45,821 bases of DNA from Zeimonas sp. (GTDB lineage: Bacteria; Pseudomonadota; Gammaproteobacteria; Burkholderiales; Burkholderiaceae_E), in assembly GCA_035303885.1 (NCBI GenBank), contig DATGRE010000191.1, positions 1-45,821 of the forward strand, given 5' to 3'. The notes under the pieces are model-generated. The model had not been told where the DNA came from, ran no database searches, and saw only the letters and a list, made by a program, of their open reading frames with translations. Shown in pieces: positions 39,179 to 45,821 of this stretch (position 1 is the first letter of the stretch; each line of letters begins with the position of its first letter). The position numbers and the translations under genes were made by a program.

Positions 39179-40081
39179 TCAGTTCCGGCGATCGGTGCCT
39201 CGCGACATCGTTGCGAGAATTTCTTCGTACAGCGCCGCCGGCTCGTCGTCGAAGCGCTCCTCGGGCCATTGCGCGAGCGTCGCCGCCAGCTTCCGGTACG
39301 CCAGCCGCTGCAACCGATAGCGGTTGAAGCGGCGCCGGCGTGCAGGCGCCGGGCGGCGTTCGAGGGCCTGGTGCAGCGCCTCGTCGATCCGCGCGTCGAG
39401 CTCGAGCAGGCCTTCGTCATCGTCCGCCTTCACGAGCACGATGTGCGGCACGGCGACGCCGCGACGCTGCGACAGCGTCGTCTTCAGCTCGAGCGCCGTC
39501 CGGCGGGCTCCGGCGAGATCGGCCTTGTTGATCACGATGAGGTCGGCGGTCTCGAGGATTCCGGCCTTCATCGCCTGGATCGAGTCGCCCAGGCCCGGCA
39601 TCAGCAGCAGCACCTCGACGTCGACGAGCTCGCGCACGCCGAACTCGGCCTGGCCCACGCCCACCGTCTCGACGACGATCTCGGCGAAGCCGAACGAATC
39701 GAGCGTCGAAAGGACCTCCGGAAGGTTGTCGCCGAGCCCGTCGCGCGTCTGGCCGCTCGGCATCGAACGCACGTACACGCGTGGATCCTCGGCGAGCGCC
39801 TCCATGCGGATGCGGTCGCCGAGCAGCGAGCCGGCGCTGTCCGGGCTCGTCGGGTCGATGGCGACGATCGCCAGCGGCGAGGCCTTCTCCACCCGCACGT
39901 GGGCGAGCCGTGCGATCAGCGAGCTCTTGCCGACGCCCGGCGCGCCGGTGATGCCGATGCGCGGCGCCGGTGGCCCGTCGTGGACCGGCTCGCGCAGCAG
40001 CTCGTCGACGTCCATTCGCGCGACGCGCGTGAGCGCGCGGCTCACGGCCCGCCGGTCGAAGGGCGAGGCCGACGACGTCAC
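39179..40081 (-). CDS. meaB: MeaB/ArgK G-protein chaperone for the B12 mutase
   Basis: GITGAPGVGKSS, AIDPTSP..GSLLGDRIRM, ETVGVGQ, GDSIQAMKAGILE, NKAD. Confidence 0.95.
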   Translation of the reverse strand: MTSSASPFDRRAVSRALTRVARMDVDELLREPVHDGPPAPRIGITGAPGVGKSSLIARLAHVRVEKASPLAIVAIDPTSPDSAGSLLGDRIRMEALAEDPRVYVRSMPSGQTRDGLGDNLPEVLSTLDSFGFAEIVVETVGVGQAEFGVRELVDVEVLLLMPGLGDSIQAMKAGILETADLIVINKADLAGARRTALELKTTLSQRRGVAVPHIVLVKADDDEGLLELDARIDEALHQALERRPAPARRRRFNRYRLQRLAYRKLAATLAQWPEERFDDEPAALYEEILATMSRGTDRRN

Positions 40082-41202
40082 CCGGTCTTCCCCAGCAGGG
40101 CAGGCCCGTGCTCGCCGAGCAGCGGCGGCGCACGAAAATCGTCCTGCGCGTCGGAGAACTTCACCGGGTTGCCGACGACGCGAAGCATCTCTCCGTCGAG
40201 AGGAATCTCCGCAACCATCCCTCGCGCCGCCGTCTGCTCGCTCGCCAGCGCCGTCTCGAGCGTCTCGACACCGGCGGCGACGATGCCCAGCGGCGCGAGC
40301 CGCGCGACCCATCGCTCGGTCGTTTCGGTCGCGAGGACCTCGCCGATCGAGTGCAGGACGAGCTCGCGATTCTCGCGCCGCGCGACCATCGTCGCGTAGC
40401 GCTCGTCGTCGATCCACTCGGGGCGCCCGATCTCGCGGCAGAACGTGCGCCAGAAATCGTCGTGCGTGATGAACAACGTCAGCCAGCCGTCGGCCGTACG
40501 GAAGATCTGCGCCGGGACAATGTACGGATGCGCCGACGCCGGATAGCGCTCGGCACGCTCGCCGGCGTTCAACCATGCGCCCGCGAGATAGTTCAGTTGC
40601 GAGAGCATGACGTCGTACATCGCGATGTCGACCTGGCCGCCCTCGCCCTGCACGAGCTTCGCCAGCAAGCCCACCGCTCCCATGATGCCGGCGGAGTTGT
40701 CCACCGCCGAGTACCCGGTCTTCGTCGGCGGCCCGGACGGATCGCCGGTCAGCGCCATGACGCCGGTCAACGCCTGGATCACGTAGTCGTAGGCGGGCCG
40801 CTCGGCGAAGGGACTGTCCAGCCCGTAGCCGGTGAGCGCGACGCAGACGATCTTCGGATTGAACGCCTTGAGCCGCTCGTAGGTGAGGCCGAGCTTGCGG
40901 ATCGCCTTGGGACGCAGGTTCGTGACAAGGCCGTGCGCGTCGCGCACCAGCACGCCGAGCTGCGCGCGGCCTTCGTCCGATGCGAGGTCGAGCACGACGC
41001 TGCGCTTGCCGCGGTTCAGGCTCGCGAAATACGCGTTGTGAGGCCCGACCTTGTGCGGGCTGATGCTGCGCGCGATGTCCCCGGCCGGCGGCTCGACCTT
41101 GATCACGTCGGCACCCAGGTCGGCAAGCAGCATCCCGCAGTACGGGCCCATCAGCATGTGCCCGACCTCGATGATGCGCTTGCCGCGCAGCGGCAGAGTC
41201 AC
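40078..41202 (-). CDS. Class III (CaiB/BaiF) CoA-transferase
   Basis: LADLGADVIKVEPP.GD, NRGKRS, AYDYVIQA, catalytic Asp region SAVDNSAG, PPLLGEH. Confidence 0.95.
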   Translation of the reverse strand: MTLPLRGKRIIEVGHMLMGPYCGMLLADLGADVIKVEPPAGDIARSISPHKVGPHNAYFASLNRGKRSVVLDLASDEGRAQLGVLVRDAHGLVTNLRPKAIRKLGLTYERLKAFNPKIVCVALTGYGLDSPFAERPAYDYVIQALTGVMALTGDPSGPPTKTGYSAVDNSAGIMGAVGLLAKLVQGEGGQVDIAMYDVMLSQLNYLAGAWLNAGERAERYPASAHPYIVPAQIFRTADGWLTLFITHDDFWRTFCREIGRPEWIDDERYATMVARRENRELVLHSIGEVLATETTERWVARLAPLGIVAAGVETLETALASEQTAARGMVAEIPLDGEMLRVVGNPVKFSDAQDDFRAPPLLGEHGPALLGKTG

Positions 41203-41615
41203 GACAGCATCCTCGCGATCGTCGCGATGACGTCGGCGAGCGGGATCTCGCTCGTGAACACGCCGCGCACGCCCCGTTCGCGCAGTCTCTCCTGGTCGGG
41301 CGCGGGAATCGTGCCGCCCACGAACACCGGGATGTCGTCCGCCTGCAGCGAGCGCAACTGCTCGAGCGTATCGTCCACCAGCTCGTTGTGGCTGCCGGAG
41401 AGGATCGACAGCCCGACGGCGTCGACGTCCTCGTCGACGGCGACGCGCGCGATGTAGCCGGGCGTCTTGCGCAGCCCCGTGTAGATGACGTCGGCGCCGG
41501 CGTCGCGCAACGCGAGCGCGACGACCTTCGCGCCGACGTCGTGGCCGTCCAGGCCGGGCTTGGCGACGAGAATGCGCTTGCCGCGCAGCGGCGCCGTTTC
41601 GGTGGTTGGCTTCAT
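41199..41615 (-). CDS. Acyl-CoA mutase small (cobalamin-binding) subunit
   Basis: DxHxxG motif GLDGHDVGAK, GLSILSG, VFVGGTIP. Confidence 0.96.
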   Translation of the reverse strand: MKPTTETAPLRGKRILVAKPGLDGHDVGAKVVALALRDAGADVIYTGLRKTPGYIARVAVDEDVDAVGLSILSGSHNELVDDTLEQLRSLQADDIPVFVGGTIPAPDQERLRERGVRGVFTSEIPLADVIATIARMLS

Positions 41616-43237
41616 AGTCGCACCGGTTCCTCGAACTCGCCCCACTGCTTCTTCAGCCGCGCGACCATCTCGCCCACCGTGGCGTAGGCGTGGCAGCACT
41701 CGATCAGATAGGGCATCAGGTTCTCGTCGTCGACGGCGGCCGCCTGCTCGAGCCGGTCGAGCGCGCGCTCGACCTCGGCGGCATCGCGCCGGTCGCGGAT
41801 CGCATCGAATTTCTCGAGCACGCGCCGGCTCGCCTGCGGGTCGACGCTGAACACCTCCTCGGGCGCCGCCGTCTGGTCTTCGTGGCGAAAGCAGTTCAAC
41901 CCGACGACGGGCAGCTTGCCGCTGTCGATCTGCCGCTTGCGCTCGTGTGCGCGATGCGCGATGCGCAGCTGCAGCCAGCCGTCCTCGATCGCCTTCACCG
42001 CGCCGCCGTACGCCTCGACCTCGGCCATCAGCGATTCGATCCGCTTCTCCATCTCGTCGGTGAGGTGCTCGGTGAAGTAGCCGCCGCCCAGCGGATCGAC
42101 CGTGCGCGCGATTCCGCTCTCGTAGGCGACGATCTGCTGCGTGCGCAGCGCGAGCTCCGCGGAGAATTCGGTGGGAATCTGGAACGGCTCGTCGAGCGCG
42201 CAGGTGAAGATCGACTGCGCGCCGCTCAGCACGGCCGCCATCGTCTCGATCGCCACCCGCACGACGTTGTTGTACGGCTGCGGGGCGACCAGCGACGAGC
42301 CGCCGCAGACGACGCCGAAGCGGAACATCTGCGCCTTCGGATCGGTGACCCCGTAGCGCTCCTTCAGCAGCCGCGCCCAGATCCGGCGGCCGGCCCGGAA
42401 CTTCGCGACCTCCTCGAAGAGGTCCATGTGCACGTAGAAGAAGAACGACAGGCGCTTGGCGAAGCGGTCCGCGTCGCCGCCGCGTCGGATCAGCTCGTCG
42501 ACGTAGGCCAGCCCGTTGGCCAGCGTGTACGCCATCTCCTCGGCCGCCGTGCAGCCGGCATCGCGCATGTGGGCGCCGGCGATCGAGATCGTGTTGAAGC
42601 GCGGCGTCTCGCGGTTGCCGAACAGGATCGTGTCGGAGATCAGCCGCATCGAGGGGCGCACCGGAAAGATCCACGTTCCGCGCGCGACGTATTCCTTCAG
42701 GATGTCGTTCTGGATCGTCCCCGTGAGCTTCTCGCGCGGCACGCCGGTGCGGTCGGCGCACGCGATGTACATCGCGTAGAGGATCGCCGCGGTGCCGTTG
42801 ATCGTGAACGACGTCGAGATGCGCGACAGATCGATCCCGCGGAACAGGATCTCCATCTCGGAGAGATTCGACAGCGACACGCCGACCTTGCCGATCTCGG
42901 GACGCGCCATCGGGTCGGTGGGGTCGAGCCCGCACTGCGTCGGCAGGTCGAGCGCGACCGACAGCCCCGTCTGGCCACGCTCGAGCAGGAAGCGGTAGCG
43001 CTCGTTCGATTCCTCGGCGGTGCCGAAGCCCGAATACTGGCGCATCGTCCAGAGCCGGCCGCGGTAGCCGTCGGGAAAGATGCCGCGCGTGAACGGGAAC
43101 TCGCCCGGCCGGCCCGGATCCTGGAAGGGGAAGTTCTGCGGGTCGACGACGACCGGCACCTCGATGCCGGAGCGCACGGCGGTGCCGACGCTCGGCACGA
43201 CCGGTCGCGTTTCCGCTTCGGTGCTTCGATGGTTCAT
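41612..43237 (-). CDS. AdoCbl-dependent acyl-CoA mutase large (substrate-binding) subunit with atypical active site
   Basis: PGEFPFTRG, WTMRQYSGF, GLSVALDLPTQ, GTIQNDILKEYVAR, EEVAKFRAGRRIW, DPLGG. Confidence 0.96.
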   Translation of the reverse strand: MNHRSTEAETRPVVPSVGTAVRSGIEVPVVVDPQNFPFQDPGRPGEFPFTRGIFPDGYRGRLWTMRQYSGFGTAEESNERYRFLLERGQTGLSVALDLPTQCGLDPTDPMARPEIGKVGVSLSNLSEMEILFRGIDLSRISTSFTINGTAAILYAMYIACADRTGVPREKLTGTIQNDILKEYVARGTWIFPVRPSMRLISDTILFGNRETPRFNTISIAGAHMRDAGCTAAEEMAYTLANGLAYVDELIRRGGDADRFAKRLSFFFYVHMDLFEEVAKFRAGRRIWARLLKERYGVTDPKAQMFRFGVVCGGSSLVAPQPYNNVVRVAIETMAAVLSGAQSIFTCALDEPFQIPTEFSAELALRTQQIVAYESGIARTVDPLGGGYFTEHLTDEMEKRIESLMAEVEAYGGAVKAIEDGWLQLRIAHRAHERKRQIDSGKLPVVGLNCFRHEDQTAAPEEVFSVDPQASRRVLEKFDAIRDRRDAAEVERALDRLEQAAAVDDENLMPYLIECCHAYATVGEMVARLKKQWGEFEEPVRL

Positions 43238-44019
43238 GCTGATCCTCTGCTTCGCGACAGGAAGCGGTCGCTCGCCTGCCAGTGATCGGGGTGGATCCAG
43301 GTGGCGACGAAGGCCTCGCGCTCGCGCTGCTCGCGCTGCGCCCGCGTGTGCATGAGGCGATCACCCAGCGCGATCGCCTTGAACGCACGCAGCACCTGCG
43401 GCGCCTGCGCGCGCATCGGCGCGAGGAATCGCTCGACGCAGGCGTCGAGCGATTCGCCGTCGGCGGCGACGTCGTCGACCAGTCCGATCGCCTGCGCCTT
43501 CTCGGCCGGCATCGTCTCGGCGCCGACCAGGATCGAGAGCGCGCGCCGCCCGCCGACGAGCGCGACGAGATCCGCCCCGCCCCCGAAGCCCGTGCAGATG
43601 TTCAGGCGCCCCTGCACGAAGCCGATCGCCGCGTGCCGGGCCGCGACGCGGAAATCGCAGGCGACGGCGAGCTCGGCGCCTCCGCCCAGCGCGACGCCGT
43701 TCAGCGCGGCGACGACCGGCAGCGGGAACTCGCGCACCGCGCGCAGCGCCTCGTTCGCGTACGACCAGAGCCGCTCGGCGTCGTCGGTGCTGCGCAGCTT
43801 GTCGAACTCCTTCAGGTCACCGCCGGCAGCGAAGCTCTTCTCGCCCGCGCCGGTGACGACGGCCGCGCGCAGCCCGCGATCGTCGGCCGATTCGGTGAAC
43901 GCGCGGCGCAGCTCGCCGAGCACCTCGGTGCTCAGCGGGTTGCGCTGCGCCGGCCGGTCGATCGTCACGCGCAGGACGTCGTCGAGACGTTCGACCCTCA
44001 GGTACCGGTATTCGCTCAT
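43234..44019 (-). CDS. Crotonase-superfamily protein, probably an acyl-malonyl-CoA decarboxylase rather than a hydratase
   Basis: FAAGGDL, ALGGGAELAVACDFR; the second hydratase Glu is replaced by Gln (GFVQ). Confidence 0.88.
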   Translation of the reverse strand: MSEYRYLRVERLDDVLRVTIDRPAQRNPLSTEVLGELRRAFTESADDRGLRAAVVTGAGEKSFAAGGDLKEFDKLRSTDDAERLWSYANEALRAVREFPLPVVAALNGVALGGGAELAVACDFRVAARHAAIGFVQGRLNICTGFGGGADLVALVGGRRALSILVGAETMPAEKAQAIGLVDDVAADGESLDACVERFLAPMRAQAPQVLRAFKAIALGDRLMHTRAQREQREREAFVATWIHPDHWQASDRFLSRSRGSA

Positions 44020-44759
44020 TGCCGGAAGACCTCCTCGATTCGTCGGCGCGCACCGACGAGACGCGCCGCCAGTTCGTCGATGCGCTTCTCCATCCGGTGC
44101 GACGGACCGGCCACCGCGAGCCCGAAGACCTCGTCGCGGATCGACAGCGCGACGGCGAGCGCGGTGACGTCCTCGACGTTCTCGCCACGGGTCATGAACC
44201 AGCCGCGCTGCCGGCTTGCCTCGAGATCGGCGCGCAGCCGCTTCGCATCGACGATCGTGCGCCCGGTGACGGCGTCCAGCGGATGCGCACCGAGCCAGTC
44301 GGCGAGCGCGTCGTCGGACAGCGCGCCGAGCATCACCTTGCCGATCGAGCTCGAATGCAGCGGCTTGTATTCGCCGGGCTTCGCGGTGTAGCGCACGGTG
44401 TGCGGCCCTTCGACGACGTCGAGATAGAGGACCGCCTCGCCCTGCCGCTTGCCCAGGATCACGGTCTCGCGCGTCTCGTCGCGCAGACCCTGCAGCTGGG
44501 GCTCGATCCGCTCGAGGAACGGATCGTTGCGCACGACGCTCTGCGCGAGATCGAGCAGGCGCCGCGTCGGATAGAAGTCCTTGCGCCGGCTCACCGCGTA
44601 GAGGTAGCCGCGCCCGACGAGGGTCCGCACCAGACCGTGACAGCTGCTCACGGGAACGTTCATGCGCTGCGCGAGCTCGCTCAGCACGAGCGGCTTGCCA
44701 CTCGCCTCGAAGGCTTCGAACAGGTCGAGGGTGCGTTCGGCGGACGGTACAGGAGGCAT
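44016..44759 (-). CDS. IclR-family transcriptional regulator
   Basis: SAERTLDLFEAF HTH, LRDETRETVILG, PLHSSSIGKVML, LAVAGPSHR. Confidence 0.95.
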   Translation of the reverse strand: MPPVPSAERTLDLFEAFEASGKPLVLSELAQRMNVPVSSCHGLVRTLVGRGYLYAVSRRKDFYPTRRLLDLAQSVVRNDPFLERIEPQLQGLRDETRETVILGKRQGEAVLYLDVVEGPHTVRYTAKPGEYKPLHSSSIGKVMLGALSDDALADWLGAHPLDAVTGRTIVDAKRLRADLEASRQRGWFMTRGENVEDVTALAVALSIRDEVFGLAVAGPSHRMEKRIDELAARLVGARRRIEEVFRQ

Positions 44760-44768
44760 CGATTCTAT

Positions 44769-44795
44769 TTTTCAGCCGGCTGAAAACTTTTTCAG
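44769..44795. promoter_or_regulatory. Palindromic operator upstream of iclR
   Basis: Perfect 18-bp palindrome TTTTCAGCCGGCTGAAAA (44769-44786) plus a third TTTTCAG half-site (44789-44795). Confidence 0.75.
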
Positions 44796-44807
44796 ATAGC
44801 TATTACG

Positions 44808-44835
44808 ATTGTACGCAAGGCGACGAAACGCGCAA
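44808..44835 (-). promoter_or_regulatory. Putative sigma-70 promoter of the iclR-mutase operon
   Basis: Minus strand TTGCGC-N16-TACAAT, directly upstream of the operator. Confidence 0.5.
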
Positions 44836-44989
44836 GCGGCCGGCCGGAGCGCGCACGCCGTCGCCCCGGCTCTCCTGCTCTGACGATCGAGCTATGGCGC
44901 CGATCGACGAGGCACGGACCACGGATTCCTTCCGGGATGGGTTCGTCATCGCCCCGAGGGGCCGCGCCGGCCGCGCACCGGCCGGTCGA

Positions 44990-45598
44990 TCAGAGCCGGT
45001 CGGCGTACTCGCGAAGAAACGTCAGCGTGCGCCGCGGCGAGAACGACGGCAGCGCGCATCCGGGCGCGAGAATGAAGCCTTCGCGCCCGGCCTGCGCAAC
45101 CGCATCGTCGATCTGATGCGCGAGCTTCGGCAGCGACAGGTCGGGAAACGCGCTTTCGTCGATGCCGCCCATCAGGCAGGCATCGAAGCGCCGGCGTAAC
45201 TCGGCGAGCGTCGGGTTGTCGGGCGAACGGTCCGACACGCTGAGCGACTCGCAGACGGTCTCGATCGCGCGCAGCGGCTCCGCGCGATGGCGCCACAGGT
45301 TCTCCTGCTGGTCGCGGCCGATGTTGCGCACGATCGACTGGTACGGATCGAAGCCGGTCTCGAGCAACGGGAACTCGGGGCCCATCGCGACGCGCAGCCG
45401 GTGCAGGCAGTCGAGCTGCTGCGCGAACGCCGGATGATCGAGCGGCACGACCTCGAACGCCCGCAGCGACGACGCCTCCTCGACGTCGCGCAACCCTTCG
45501 GGCACCGGGTAGCGATAGTCGGACATGACCTTGGCGAGATCCCAGCGATAGGTCGTCAGGAAGCGTTCGTGCAGGCGCGCCGTCTCCTCGCCCGCCAC
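44990..45598 (-). pseudogene. Truncated, internally deleted uroporphyrinogen decarboxylase (URO-D/MtaA)-family gene
   Basis: WDLAKVM, ETGFDP, CLMGGID, FILAPGC are family-like motifs, but the ORF is only about 202 aa. The N-terminus and the central barrel segment appear to be missing. Confidence 0.6.
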
Positions 45599-45725
45599 TC
45601 CGACGACGCGTGCTACCTGCCATCTGGTAGGTGTCGCCGATCGCGGCGGTCAATACCCTTGCCCCGGCGAGAAGTCGTTGCGAACCCAGTTTTCCACGCC
45701 GAACCCAGGGGGAGGACCGTCCACC

Positions 45726-45821
45726 ATGAACGATACGACGCGCAGCTTGCTTGCAGTCTTGTTCAGCTCGCTATTCGCAGCGGGATGCGGCGGAGGGGGC
45801 GGAGGCTCCGGAGAAGATGCC
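45726..45821 (+). CDS. Start of a putative lipoprotein (runs off the window)
   Basis: GGAGG RBS; MNDTTRSLLAVLFSSLFAAG|CGGGGGGSGEDA is a signal peptide II with lipobox Cys and a Gly linker. Confidence 0.7.
   Translation, partial: MNDTTRSLLAVLFSSLFAAGCGGGGGGSGEDA

Noticed and set aside
41612-43237. Calling the mutase isobutyryl-, 2-hydroxyisobutyryl-, pivalyl- or plain methylmalonyl-CoA mutase
   Set aside because: Tyr68 and Arg186 argue against the first three, and six pocket substitutions argue against ordinary MCM, so no gene symbol was given.
41199-43388. 729-aa ORF suggesting a fused single-chain mutase
   Set aside because: The B12 domain starts at ATG 41615, overlapping the large-subunit stop in another frame. 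This is a normal split mutase, not a frameshift.
1-45821. CRISPR arrays, tRNA/rRNA, IS elements, integrases, cobalamin riboswitch
   Set aside because: No spaced repeat arrays or recognisable motifs were seen. Intergenic gaps are short, and none showed a B12-box by eye. A covariance-model scan would be needed to fully exclude structured RNAs.

Overview
High-GC betaproteobacterial (Burkholderiales-like, inferred from gene content) chromosomal window with four blocks. (1) 1-14.4 kb: flagellar genes fliD(partial)-fliS-fliT-ycgR, fliE, and fliFGHIJK-fliLMNOPQR. (2) 14.5-29.4 kb: a minus-strand chemotaxis operon with a sigma-28 promoter (cheR-cheD-cheB-small CheZ-like ORF-cheY-cheA-cheW-mcp-cheY-cheZ-HD-GYP), divergent from a three-gene phosphorelay (REC-HisKA_3 kinase, NarL-type regulator, PAS/HisKA kinase). 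(3) 29.4-33 kb: a lower-GC cassette (class III CoA-transferase, Bug/TctC, LysR), followed by tctA/tctB. (4) 35-44.8 kb: a tightly coupled IclR-led catabolic operon (crotonase-fold protein, split B12-dependent acyl-CoA mutase, class III CoA-transferase, MeaB, TRAP transporter, MFS), then a decayed URO-D-family gene and the start of a lipoprotein gene. The best novelty candidate is block 4. Its mutase keeps the carboxylate-binding Tyr/Arg but has a heavily remodelled substrate pocket, and its crotonase looks like a malonyl-CoA-type decarboxylase. Together these suggest a pathway for a bulky substituted succinate or malonate. All calls come from motif recognition by eye; no database search was run. 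No rRNA, tRNA, CRISPR array, transposase or integrase was recognised.
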